Source: an uncultured Armatimonadetes bacterium (GTDB taxonomy: Bacteria > Armatimonadota > UBA5829 > DTJY01). Taken from it: DNA of 64,000 nucleotides. Location of the stretch: positions 4,608,001 to 4,672,000 of the forward strand of contig OY970325.1 in assembly GCA_963717145.1 (NCBI GenBank), written 5' to 3'. Each line of letters begins with the position of its first letter. Within the stretch, counting starts at the first letter, position 1. The position numbers and the translations under genes are program-made. Below the pieces are notes generated by a model. That model made no database searches. It had not been told where the DNA came from and was given only the letters and a program-made list of their open reading frames with translations. Shown here piece after piece: positions 29,201-39,300 of this stretch.

Positions 29201-30000
29201 AGATGACGCTGTCTAGCGACCAGGACAACGCCATCGTATACGCTCCGCCGCCCGACGCCGGTGCTCAGCCGCAAGTGGATGAGTACCTGGGCAAGCTGAG
29301 CCGATTCGTGTGTGAGACTCTCGATCGGGCGGGATACCCCTTCTGCCGGGGGGATGTGATGGCGCAGAACCCCAAATGGTGCAAGTCGCTCTCCGTGTGG
29401 AAGCAGTATTTCAGCGACTGGATCGAACGTGCCGAGCCCCAGCAGTTGCTGGAGTTCGCAATCTTCTTTGACTTCCGGCCTGTGTCGGGTGCGATGGAAC
29501 TTGCCCACGAGCTGCGACGCCACGTGTACACGGCGCTACGTTCACGCGCGTTGTTCTTCCCTTACTTCGCTCAGAACTCTCTTCTGTTCAAGCCCCCGGT
29601 TCGGCTTTTTGGCCGGATCTTGGTGGGCGGGGCAGGCGGCGAGTCTCATGGGCTTCTCGATCTCAAGGATGCCATGATGCCGATCGTCAGCTTCGCCCGG
29701 CTCTACGCCCTTCGAGCGGAGTTGGACGACACGCATACGCTCGACCGGTTGAACGCACTGGTGGAGGCGAAGGTACTCCCGGAGTCGAGTCGTCAGGAGG
29801 TCACCACGGCTTACGAGTTTCTGATGCGCCTGCGCCTCCAGCATCAGGCGGGTGAGATCCCTTCGGGACAGGAACCGGATAACGTAATCAACTACCGCAG
29901 GTTGGGTCAACTCGAGGAAACGCTCCTGAACCAGTCCTTCGCAGAGATCGCGGCCGTCCAGAAGCGCATCAGCTACGACTTCCTGGGCGGCACGTCCTGA
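26299..30000 (+). CDS. PHP + TM-Cache_2-TM + PAS + PAS-like + CBS pair + DUF294 nucleotidyltransferase fusion
   Basis: DLHCHSIYSDG, LTDHD, LAHP, GGTDVH (PHP); LRYG..DYFW, YIEYVW, WGWIIGTGIY (Cache_2); VGIVTDSD (CBS); LGSHGRQEMTLSSDQDNAI, CRGDVMAQNPKW, IFFDFR, LDLK (DUF294). Confidence 0.88.
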   Translation: MKGTTRVDLHCHSIYSDGTLAPRDIAEHLAANGVTAAALTDHDSIDGLAEFSRTLARRGVAHITGVEITATCRGKEAHLLGFGFDPAHSELRTVLPSLRQGRTLDVHSIAGSIRKMGSPPQTESGAESAGSDGRIDISEAIALIHRAGGCAVLAHPLILEPDLAELESLLAALKDDGLDGIEAIYESFTNDQRKHLCAMAKRLDLIVSGGTDVHDRKPQDSSEAGIQMPTELWKEFRDSVCFNNPQALQGVPASTPLHPRRRLQWRHFAFHFMFPTFLAIALFVTAIYAVFLPTFERSLLDRKREMIRELTNSAWSILAGYERDERAGRLTREQAQEMARSRVESLRYGREGKDYFWLQDMHPRIIMHPYRKDLNGKDVSIFQDPRGVRIFVKFADLVRRHGEGYIEYVWQWKDDPSRLVPKESYIKGFQPWGWIIGTGIYIEDVNEEIARVERRLVHTSLGISLIVVLLLLYVMRQSLWLERERSEAEESLQESTERYRSLVEATTEGTLLVMHGRPRYANHIFLKMLGCTQRELEFLDLSDLFPDIKDNERARASVNRLLRGDESVEGFDATMKRRDGTLIECVLTPSRISFAGGSGFILLTRDVGITPEGGGVRDGLDKRWHRLQQVVDGLPVGLFRARANSRGALIDSNPAAVRLLTVADAPDDAPITLSGLFDDARLYDMFLQDLRKQGRAERRFHVTSKDPGTKMVAIVAVLVRDSGGGADYIDGIVQDITLQDKRATELNAVVDKLQATLLFLHEPVSHIGRSIVFCKLDTPIRSVAALMSEQGSSAALIQSDDGSTVGIVTDSDCRARVVAAGLDRQEPVSRIMSSPLVVIPESAEIYEALLLMEQKGVQHLAVADEAGRIVGVVRNQELLQFESYGPIVLTREVEQAGTPEEVVACCRRAPGLARSLLNCGAHPRHVTRMISSVCDAATVRLIALAEAELGPSPLPFVFLALGSHGRQEMTLSSDQDNAIVYAPPPDAGAQPQVDEYLGKLSRFVCETLDRAGYPFCRGDVMAQNPKWCKSLSVWKQYFSDWIERAEPQQLLEFAIFFDFRPVSGAMELAHELRRHVYTALRSRALFFPYFAQNSLLFKPPVRLFGRILVGGAGGESHGLLDLKDAMMPIVSFARLYALRAELDDTHTLDRLNALVEAKVLPESSRQEVTTAYEFLMRLRLQHQAGEIPSGQEPDNVINYRRLGQLEETLLNQSFAEIAAVQKRISYDFLGGTS

Positions 30001-30020
30001 GAGAGGGGACAGCGGGCTCG

Positions 30021-30157
30021 ACGAAGCGCTCGGCCTCGGCCACAGGTACGATATGACCTACGCTGACGCCATCCGTTCCGTCACCCGCCCGGACCTCGAA
30101 CGCGTCTGCGCCGACATCTTCACCTCGCCCCCGACCGTCGTCACCGTCGGGCGGTAG
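30021..30157 (+). repeat. Diverged duplicate of the last 137 bp of the M16 partner gene (16304-16440)
   Basis: Same length, no indels; EALGLGHRYDMTYADAIRSVTRPDLERVCADIFTSPPTVVTVGR*. Confidence 0.93.
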
Positions 30158-30264
30158 TCTTTCTTCAGTTTGTAGTATAATGGGTAGCGATATTCACTGA
30201 AAGGCTCTTGAGTCGCTGTACCAACGAACGCCCGCCAGTCAATTCAGCACAAGAGGTTACGGCA

Positions 30265-33200
30265 ATGCGTATCGGAGAGGTCGATCTTCCTTCCGAGATA
30301 TTGGAGGCACAGGACAGTGATAAGCTTGTTGTCTTCGCCGGTGCCGGTGTGTCTGTACCCAAGCCCTCCTCTTACCCGAGTTTCGTGCAACTAGTTGAGA
30401 AGATAGCAGGCCGTCGGCTCAGGAAGGGCGAGATGGGCCACCTCGACCGGGTCCTCAGTGAGCTTGAAGAGGGCGGGAGGAACGTGCGACGGGCAGCGAA
30501 GGACATGCTCACAAACCCGGCGTCCAAACCTAACAGCCTTCATCGTGACACGCTCCGCCTATTTCAGAGGCCGGAGAGCGTCCGCATCGTCACCACCAAC
30601 TTCGACAGGCACTTCACAAGCGCGGCTCGGGCTCAGTTCGGGAGCAAGACGGCCGTATTTGACGATGGGTGCGCGGTGTTCCGCGCGCCGGCACTGCCCT
30701 TGGGGCGCGACTTTCATGGGATAGTGTATCTGCATGGCAGCGTGGAGCAGGACGATCGAAGGCTCGTCCTGACTGATCGAGACTACGGCCGCGCTTACGT
30801 TACCGAAGGTTGGGCCGCTCAGTTTCTACGCGAGCTATACAACGAGTTCACAGTGCTGTTCATCGGCTACGGCCACAAAGATCCTATCACGGACTATCTT
30901 GCCCGGGGTCTGCCCCCCAGCGGCAAGAACCAGCGCTATGCACTGACAGTACCCAGGGAGGCGGCGCATTGGGAGAAACTGGACATAAGGCCCGTGCCTT
31001 ATCCAGCCAAAGGCAACCATATCGCTCTGGTGAAGATGCTTGGGAGGTGGGCAGACCGCACGGAGTGGGGATCGCTGGAACATGAGCATCGGATAAGAGA
31101 GATCGTCGGTGGCTCCACGGTGCTCGATCCCGAGACCGAAGACTACCTTGTTGGAGCGCTTAAGCATCCGCAACGCGTCCAGTTCTTTACCCGCCATGCC
31201 ACGGCCCCGGATTGGCTCAAGTGGGCGGATGAGAAGGGAGCCTGGAAACCTCTGTTCACGTATGGCCACGAATGCGACGACGTGGCCAAGGAGCTGGCTC
31301 ACTGGTTTGCCACGAAGTTTGTGAAGCAGCACGCCAATGATGCTCTTGCCTTGATCGCCCGTCAAGATGCGCAAGTCAACTTCAGGTTGTGGATTGCCAT
31401 CGCTGAAGCCGTGGCTAACGAGCGAGGCGGTTTCCAAGACGGCGAACGGTCAAACTGGATAAACCTTCTAGTTGCTGCTGCATATCCCGGAATCGAGTCC
31501 TGGTACCTAGAGTGGATCCTATACAACTGTGACCCCGCCAAGGATATTGGTGCTGCAGTGCTCTTGTTCTCGTACCTGACAAGACCTCGCCTGAAGCTCA
31601 GAGAGTCTTGGATGTCGCACGTCCCGGGATACGAGAGTCACTCGGTGTACTGGGAAGAACGCCATCACAACGTTGGCACAAACTGGCTGGCCAGAGCTTG
31701 GTCTGACTTGCTTAAGCCAAACATGGCCTGTTGCGCGGAAGAGATCGCTGCTGTCGTGACCGGTCACTTGAGCTTGGCGCATATCATGTTTCAGAGTGTG
31801 GGGCAAGCGGATATTGCGCGAGACGGATTCGCATTCGCCGGAGAACCGATCGAGGAAGCTGACATTGACTACCCACGGCGACCTCTCGAGCTTACGGCCG
31901 TTGCCGCAAAGGATACTATCGCCTGGCTGTTGGAACATCAGGAAGATCGAGGAGTGGCTCTCCTGAATGCCTGGTTTGCGTCAGAAGCACCAATCCTACG
32001 GCGTCTGGCCGTCCACGGCGTGAGCTGCAGGACTGATATGGACGCCGATAGCAAGATCAACTGGCTGTTGGAGAATCGCCTGTTGTACGAGCACTATGCG
32101 AAGCCGGAGGTTTTCCATGTGCTCAGCGAAGCTTATCTCAGCGCCGGCACAACGTCACGGCTCAGGCTGCTGGATGCAGTGGAAAGAGGCCCAGACCGTG
32201 AGACGGCCCTCGGCGAGAGCTGAGACCGACAGCTATGAAGTCTACAATCTGCTTTATTGGCTTAAGCGTTCCGACCCCAGTTGCCATCATGCGAACAGCA
32301 GGTTTGACGCCTTTCAGGAGAAGGTTGACTTCGAGCCACGGGAGTACCCTGATCGCGACTTCTGGACAGGGAGTTGGGTTGGCGGGGGTGAAAGCCCTGT
32401 ATCAGCCGAGGAGTTGCTGCAGAAGGAGCCGGACAAGGCGGCTGCTCTCCTTCTGAAGTATGAAGGCACCGGATATCGAGGACCAAGCCGTGAGGGCCTG
32501 ATGTCTGAACTCACCCGAGCCGTCACCATGTCACATAAGTGGGCGCAGAGGTTAGCCGAGTTCTTGGCGGAGGTGGATCCATGGCGGGAGGACGTCTGGC
32601 GGTCTATCCTACTTGGTTGGGAGGGATCGGTGCTCAAGCCTCGACAGTGGAGCAAAGTCCTCACTCTCATCGATAAGCACCCCCAGGTGATGGCATTCCC
32701 TTATGGCCCCGCACATCTCCTCTACACATTGGTTTCGCGTCCGGAAAAGGGATTTGGTGTCTCTAGTCTGCCTCTAGCGGAACGGATAGCCCGAAGGCTT
32801 TGGGAAACATGCACAGCATCGGCCGAGGACATCCCAGAGAGCAGCGACGACTGGATGGCATCGGCAATCAACCATCCGGCCGGCAATACGACGCTATTCT
32901 GGATGAATGCTCTTCTGATGCGTCGTAACCGGAAAGGCGCAGACTGGAGGAGCATACCGCGTGAGTATCAGTGCATCTTCGGAGAAGCAGTGCATGGCGA
33001 TTCTCTAGCGGCAGGGATGGCTCGGACGCTACTTGCCAGCCATACCACCGTCCTCTATGCGCTCGATCGTGAGTGGACGCGCCAAAACATCATACCACTC
33101 TACGATTGGAGAAACAGCACTCTGCGCGCTCAGCAAGCGTGGCAAGGGTTTCTGTACTGGGGCCGGCTGAACGACACTCTGGTCGTTGAGCTAATGCCGC

Positions 33201-33841
33201 ACTACCTCAGGTCTTTTTCAAGGGTTTCAGCATACCTTGGCGAATCTCGGGATAGGTTCAGCGAACATCTGGCTCACATCGCCGTCTATCACTCCGCCAA
33301 CCCTGTCAAAGAGGGGTACCTGGGACCATTCCTCAGCCAGGTAGAATCGCATGACAGGGCGGAGTGGGCTTCCTCCATGGCGGGCATCCTGCGCGAACTG
33401 GATGAAGCTGGCACTTCTGGGCTGTGGGATCGATGGCTGAGGGAGTACTGGAAGGCAAGGCTCAAAGGCACCCTGTGGGGACTGGATGCAGAGGAATGGG
33501 TCCCGATGCTTCGCTGGCTTACCTCTCTGGGACCAGCATTCCCGGATGCCGTGAGAGCCATGGATGGCTGTGTGCTGCCGGTCATTCACGATATCCCCCT
33601 CTACTACCTAGTGCACAATTCTGATTACCACGAAAGATACCCAGATGAGTTGGCGCTGCTATTGAAGCATTTGCTGGACAGCACCACACCACCGTTCAAT
33701 GAGTGTGAAGCAGTTGGCGAACTCGTTTCTCGCTTGATAGCCACCGGCGCACCGAGGGACACCCTAAGGGCCGTCTGCGACAGATTGGCGGACCTGGGTT
33801 GCGCAAACGCGAGCGGCTTGGCGAAGCGGTTGAACGAGTAA
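30265..33841 (+). pseudogene. SIR2-domain defence protein (Dsr1-like), frameshifted near 32215
   Basis: LVVFAGAGVS, IVTTNFD, YLHGS, VLFIGYG; long helical C-term with AINHPAG in the second frame; lower GC than flanks. Confidence 0.8.
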
Positions 33842-33937
33842 CGCCAGTCCGCCGACTTCATGTGAGAGCAGGATCCGCCTGCAGACCCCCTGGGCACGGA
33901 GGCCGGTCACCCCTATCAAGGGGACAGCATCGGAGGT

Positions 33938-34504
33938 TCAGGCGGCGGGTGTGAGATACTTGGCGCGCAGGCGGTCGAGGAGCGCGTGATACCGCTCGTG
34001 GACTCCCGGCCCGATGCGCTCCTGCTCGATGCGCTCGAAGCCTTCCGCCAGTTTCGTGTGTTCATCCTCAGAGAGGTGTTGCTCGGCCATGCAGAAGAGG
34101 ATGTTGTTCTCCTTCTCGATGTGCTCTGTGAGAAGTTGAGCGTATCCGTGCGCCGCCGATGCGAACGCCTGCCGAGCACTCTCATCACCCTCGCGAAGCC
34201 CTGGAAGCGCATCGCTCATCCGTCGGACGAACTCCCGCCCGTGTGTGTGCTCGGTCAGCATGACGCCGATCGGCCCGCCCTCCCGTGGGATTCCGACCTT
34301 TTCCAGAGCGGGGAAGAGCAGGTCCTCTTCCTTCCCGTGGTGGCATCGGTCCGCGAAAGTCTTGATGAAATCCACCAGGTTGTCGAGATCATCGACCTCC
34401 ACCGCCCGGCCCGCCTCGAGATCCCCGGCCAGACGGTCGAGAACGGCGATCGCGACCTTGATTCCTTCGTGTTCGTCTCGTAGATCCTGGGTTGCGTATG
34501 TCAT
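33938..34504 (-). CDS. Hemerythrin domain protein, copy 2
   Basis: Near-identical to 23099..23653. Confidence 0.92.
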   Translation of the reverse strand: MTYATQDLRDEHEGIKVAIAVLDRLAGDLEAGRAVEVDDLDNLVDFIKTFADRCHHGKEEDLLFPALEKVGIPREGGPIGVMLTEHTHGREFVRRMSDALPGLREGDESARQAFASAAHGYAQLLTEHIEKENNILFCMAEQHLSEDEHTKLAEGFERIEQERIGPGVHERYHALLDRLRAKYLTPAA

Positions 34505-34631
34505 GCTCAGTTGTTACCCGGAAGAGACAGGAGCCACACTCGGAATGCGGAATTGCGAATGCGAAATGCGGATTCCCGGATGCTCTGGAGCTTCCGCTTT
34601 GGCACTCCAAAACACTCCACAACAGCGGATA

Positions 34632-34660
34632 TTGCTTTTCGGATTGCCCTATGCTATAAT
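34632..34660 (+). promoter_or_regulatory. sigma70-type promoter of the FtsX operon
   Basis: TTGCTT-N17-TATAAT with extended TG. Confidence 0.6.
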
Positions 34661-34715
34661 CGCAGGCGTGCTCCGGCCTTGTCGGATAACCAGTAGCCTA
34701 GAGAGTTAAGCTCAA

Positions 34716-37700
34716 ATGACCAACCGTAGGGTTACCACACTCGTCTTCCTTCTGTGTTCGCTGCTGTCGTGCGCCTGTTTTGCGGCGCCCAAAACGAAGA
34801 TCGATCCCAAGCTTGCCAAGGTCTACCAGAGCCTCGCCGGGGACGTGAGGACCTCGAACCTCGCGAGCACAGTCGAACTGCTCGCCTCGAAGGGATCGCG
34901 CATCGCTGGCTATCCCGGATGCGAATCCGCCGGCGACTACATCCATCAGCAGTTCAAGAACATCGGCCTCAAGGACATCAAGCGCGAGCCGTTCTTCGCG
35001 ACGGTGCCGGTCGATGTCAGCGCGTCCCTCAAAGTGAACGGCAAGTCGTACAAGCTTCATTCCGTCTGGCCCAATCTGGTGCGGACCTCCCAGCTCCCGA
35101 AGGCTGGCATGAGCGGCCCGCTCATGTACGCCGGCTCAGGGAAGCTCTCCGCGTTCGACGGCTATCCAGTCGACGGCAGCATCGTTCTGATGGATTTCAA
35201 CTCCGGCTCGGAGTGGCTCAATGCACCGAGGCTCGGCGCGAAGGCGGTTGTATTCGTCGAGCCGGACACGACGATGCGCGGTGAGGCCGAAGCGAAGTTC
35301 ATCTCGATCCCGATCTCGATCCCCCGCTACTGGATCTCGAAAGCCGACGCGGCATCTCTCCAGGCGCTCTGTGCGAAGGGGATGCCCAAGGTCACGCTCG
35401 CCTGCGAGTCCAAGTGGGAGCGCCTCCCGACCAGCAACATCACAGGGGTCATCCCCGGCAGCGATCCCAAGTTGCGCGATCAGATAATCGTCATCCAGGC
35501 ATACTACGACGCGACCTCCGTCGTGCCGAGCCTCGCTCCCGGCGCAGAGAGCGCGTGCGGAATCGCCTCGCTGCTCGAACTGGCACGTGTGTACAAGAAT
35601 CATCCGCCCGCCCGAACGATCTGGTTCATTGCGACGAGCGGGCACTTCCAGAGCCTCCAGGGGATGCGCGAGTACCTGGAGAAGCACCTTCCCGAGTTGC
35701 AGTCGCCCGGAGCAGGCGCGAGGATGGGCGCATGGTTCAGCCGATGGGTCCCCGGCATGAAGCATCGCACGGTTCACAAGCCGCCGCAGATCTACCTCAT
35801 GGCCGGCCTCGACCTCTCGAGCCAGACGAAGGGCGTCGGCATCTTCTACAAGGGCTACTTCTACGATTTTCGAGAGGACATCCAGAACAAGTTTTCCGAC
35901 ATAGCGCGTGTCTGCCGCGAGAACTCCGAGAAGGTCGGCGCTGTCCTCGGCTTCGACTCGGCCAAGGCATTCGCGGACGGTGTGAACCCGATCGCGGGGA
36001 AGAACTGGCGGAACTTCATCCCCGGCAAGATCGCATGCGACGCGGAGGCATGGACACTCGCCGGCGCGCGCGGCATCTCGTTCATCAGCACCGATGACTC
36101 CCGCGCGATGGTGGACACCCCATTCGACACAGCGGACAAGGTCAACTTCGCGAACCTCGCCCAACAGACGAAGCTGCTCGCATGCCTGTTCAGCCACATT
36201 CTGAACGACACCAACGCTCCCGAGGCGGTCGATGTCTCCAAGTTCCCGATCACCGAGCCCTCGATCTTCTCCAGGATGACCCTCCAGGGCGGATTCGCGC
36301 GGATCGAGGGGCAGACGCTCATCCTGAACCTGAAGAAGGGCTTCATCCCGAACGATCCGGTGCTCGGCACGCTGGTCGTGATCCGGCACGTGTCCCTCAA
36401 CAAGACGCTGATGGGCGTTCGCGGCAATATGATCGGGATGGTCGACGACGAGGCGCGGTTCGCCTTCCCCGGCGCGGCCCCTCTGACGGCCTACCAGGGC
36501 GCGGCTCGGATGACGAACGTCGCGGCGTATAAGCTCGACCCGGCGGACGGCGAGATCATCTACTCGCCGGACATGGGGATCTTCGGCGCGGACTACTATC
36601 CGACCGCCGTCACTGTGGCTTCGGGGATCAAGAATATCCCGATCGTGCTCTTCAAGTGCAAGGCGACTTCCGTCTTCGATCTGATCGACCCGCAGGCGCT
36701 CCGGACACTCCCGGCGATCGAGATCTACGACGGCGACACGAACGGGCGGCCGAGGATGTACGGCTTCTCGCTCGCGGTCCCGGAATGGCAGGTATCGCAC
36801 GTCGAGGACGTGGCGGTCATCTTCACCATGCCGGAGACGCGCCTGAAGATCGTGATGGCGGCGGGACCGGCGGCGGTCAGGCTCGTGCTGATCAACTCGA
36901 CCGAGAAGGAGCCCGAGGGCAACGGGTACCTCGTCGGCAATGGGAAGGCGATCACGAACACATCGCTCAAGGTCGCCAAGGACATGTGGAACCTCGATGA
37001 GTTCCGCATCAGCCGCTTGCGAAAGTACCGGATCATCAACGAGGGAATCGACCAACTTCATTCCCTCGCGAAGAGCGAGATCGGTATGGCCGAGAGAGAC
37101 CTCGCGGCCATGCAGTACTCGACGTTCGATTCGCATTCGAGAGCCGCGTGGGGATATGAGGCACGAGCGTATCCTGACGTCCAGAAGACGGCGAAAGACG
37201 TAGTCAACGGAGTTCTATTCTACCTGGCGCTCCTCCTGCCGTTTTCGTACTTCTGCGAGAGGCTTTTCTTCGGATTCCCGGACCTGAAGCGCCAGATCGT
37301 CGGCGTGTTCATCGTCTTCGTGGCAATATTCATGCTGTTCAGGTACTTCCATCCGGCGTTCGACATCACGATGAATCCCGCGATTGTATTCATCGCGTTC
37401 ATCATGCTGGCGCTCAGCGTGCTGGTCACGGTACTCGTTACCAACAAATTCGAGGAGCAGCTCAAGGCGCTCAACCGGAGCATGTCCGGCGTACACAAGG
37501 TGGACATCGGCCGCATGAGCATCGCGGCGGCGGCGTTCTCGCTCGGCGTGTCGAACATGAGACGCCGAAAAGCGAGGACGGTCCTCACGTGTATCACCCT
37601 CGTCCTGCTGACTTTCACGGTCCTGTCGTTCACCTCGATCGTGCAGACGATGCGCTTCAACAAGGTGCCCGCTCCCGGCAAGCCGGGGTACAACGGCCTG

Positions 37701-39284
37701 ATGCTTCGGACCGCCATGTGGGAGCCGCTTCAGGAGCCGGCTGTCCGTCTGCTGAAGGACGAGTTCGGCGAGAGCAGGGCCGTCGCTCCGAGGGCATGGT
37801 TCTTCGGCGCGTTTCTCGGCGAGCAGACGTTCCTCACGCTCAAGCGCAATGACAAGACTTACGATGCCAAAGGCGCCGTCGGCCTCTCTCCGGACGAGGA
37901 TCGAGTCACCGGCGTCAGCAGGGCGCTCATCGCCGGACGATGGTTCAACGATCAAGACACTTATTCCGTAGTCATTCCCGGCGCGATAGCGACTGCACTC
38001 GAGATCACCAAGGGCGATATCGGGAAAGCCAAGCTGACCTTCAGCGGCGTCGATTACACAGTCATCGGCATCATGGACAATGCCAAGGTCAAGGCAATCA
38101 CGGATCTCGACAACGAGACGCTCACGCCGGTCGACTTCATCCTGATGAACAAGCTCACCTCACAGGGCAAGTCGATGGGCGAGGCGGGATTCCGCGAATA
38201 CACGCACCTCGAGCCGGACACCACCTTCTTCGTCCCGTACCAGACGCTGATCAACCTCGGCGGCGAGATCCGCTCCATTGCGATCGACTTCGTGACCCCC
38301 ACCGAGGTCAAGTCGGTGCTCGAGAAGCTGATGCCGAGACTCGGCCTCAACCTGTATGCGGGTCTGGATGAGCAAACATTCCGATTCAGCTCGATCGCCA
38401 CTCAGTCCGGCAAAGGATTCGGCGCAGTGTTCATCCCGATCCTGATCGCGGCATTGATTGTTCTGAACACGATGCTCGGATCGGTCTACGAGCGCATAAA
38501 GGAGATACACATCTTCAGCTCGCTAGGCCTGGCGCCGAATCACATCGCCATGCTCTTCATCGCAGAGGCGTTGGTCTATGCGATCCTCGGCGCGGTCGCC
38601 GGATACCTGATCGGGCAGATAGCATCAAAGATAATATATACGTTCGGCTTGCTCCCGGGGCTCTATCTCAACTTCAGCTCGCTCTCGGCGGTGCTCTCGA
38701 CGCTGATCGTCGTCGCCGTAGTGCTTCTCTCAACGATCTACCCGGCGAGGAAAGCATCCGAGGTCGCGACCCCCGCCATCGAGCGCAGTTGGAAGGTGCC
38801 GGACCCCGTGGGCGACATCTGGCAGATCAAGCTGCCGTTCGCGGTCACCGGCGAGCAGGCCATGGGCGTCACGAGCTTCATATCCGAGTGGTTTGGGGCG
38901 TATGAGGAGTACTCAGTCGGCGATTTCGTGACGCAGGATGTCAAGACCTCACTGCGTGAAACGGACTTCGGGGACGCGCATCGCGTCCAGTGCCGAGCGT
39001 GGCTGGCCCCGTTCGATCTCGGAGTCAGCCAGTATGTCACGCTGGAGACGGTGCCGACCGTGATGGAAGATGTCTACGAGGTTCAACTGATCATCAACCG
39101 CGAGAGCGGTGACATATCGAACTGGAAACGAGTGAACCGCAGGTTCCTCAACACTCTTCGGAAGCAGTTCCTGATCTGGCGGACGTTGAGGGCCGAGGAG
39201 CGCGACAAGTATCTGGCAGGCGGTCAGGCCGGTTCACCATCAGCCGGCGCGAGTGTCGCCGTAGAGCCGGGCCCGGCAGGATAG
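34716..39284 (+). CDS. Large membrane protein: PA/M28 peptidase-like extracytoplasmic region + FtsX-like permease
   Basis: Signal peptide; NITGVIPGSDP..IVIQAYYD..APGAE (M28-like); NMRRRKART and SVYERIKEIHIFSSLGL (FtsX/MacB). Confidence 0.8.
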   Translation: MTNRRVTTLVFLLCSLLSCACFAAPKTKIDPKLAKVYQSLAGDVRTSNLASTVELLASKGSRIAGYPGCESAGDYIHQQFKNIGLKDIKREPFFATVPVDVSASLKVNGKSYKLHSVWPNLVRTSQLPKAGMSGPLMYAGSGKLSAFDGYPVDGSIVLMDFNSGSEWLNAPRLGAKAVVFVEPDTTMRGEAEAKFISIPISIPRYWISKADAASLQALCAKGMPKVTLACESKWERLPTSNITGVIPGSDPKLRDQIIVIQAYYDATSVVPSLAPGAESACGIASLLELARVYKNHPPARTIWFIATSGHFQSLQGMREYLEKHLPELQSPGAGARMGAWFSRWVPGMKHRTVHKPPQIYLMAGLDLSSQTKGVGIFYKGYFYDFREDIQNKFSDIARVCRENSEKVGAVLGFDSAKAFADGVNPIAGKNWRNFIPGKIACDAEAWTLAGARGISFISTDDSRAMVDTPFDTADKVNFANLAQQTKLLACLFSHILNDTNAPEAVDVSKFPITEPSIFSRMTLQGGFARIEGQTLILNLKKGFIPNDPVLGTLVVIRHVSLNKTLMGVRGNMIGMVDDEARFAFPGAAPLTAYQGAARMTNVAAYKLDPADGEIIYSPDMGIFGADYYPTAVTVASGIKNIPIVLFKCKATSVFDLIDPQALRTLPAIEIYDGDTNGRPRMYGFSLAVPEWQVSHVEDVAVIFTMPETRLKIVMAAGPAAVRLVLINSTEKEPEGNGYLVGNGKAITNTSLKVAKDMWNLDEFRISRLRKYRIINEGIDQLHSLAKSEIGMAERDLAAMQYSTFDSHSRAAWGYEARAYPDVQKTAKDVVNGVLFYLALLLPFSYFCERLFFGFPDLKRQIVGVFIVFVAIFMLFRYFHPAFDITMNPAIVFIAFIMLALSVLVTVLVTNKFEEQLKALNRSMSGVHKVDIGRMSIAAAAFSLGVSNMRRRKARTVLTCITLVLLTFTVLSFTSIVQTMRFNKVPAPGKPGYNGLMLRTAMWEPLQEPAVRLLKDEFGESRAVAPRAWFFGAFLGEQTFLTLKRNDKTYDAKGAVGLSPDEDRVTGVSRALIAGRWFNDQDTYSVVIPGAIATALEITKGDIGKAKLTFSGVDYTVIGIMDNAKVKAITDLDNETLTPVDFILMNKLTSQGKSMGEAGFREYTHLEPDTTFFVPYQTLINLGGEIRSIAIDFVTPTEVKSVLEKLMPRLGLNLYAGLDEQTFRFSSIATQSGKGFGAVFIPILIAALIVLNTMLGSVYERIKEIHIFSSLGLAPNHIAMLFIAEALVYAILGAVAGYLIGQIASKIIYTFGLLPGLYLNFSSLSAVLSTLIVVAVVLLSTIYPARKASEVATPAIERSWKVPDPVGDIWQIKLPFAVTGEQAMGVTSFISEWFGAYEEYSVGDFVTQDVKTSLRETDFGDAHRVQCRAWLAPFDLGVSQYVTLETVPTVMEDVYEVQLIINRESGDISNWKRVNRRFLNTLRKQFLIWRTLRAEERDKYLAGGQAGSPSAGASVAVEPGPAG

Positions 39285-39300
39285 GGGGGAAGACGCAGAT

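Noticed and set aside
16440-34504. Prophage, IS or integron as the explanation for the accessory region
   Set aside because: No phage structural genes, transposase, integrase or attC-like sites recognised.
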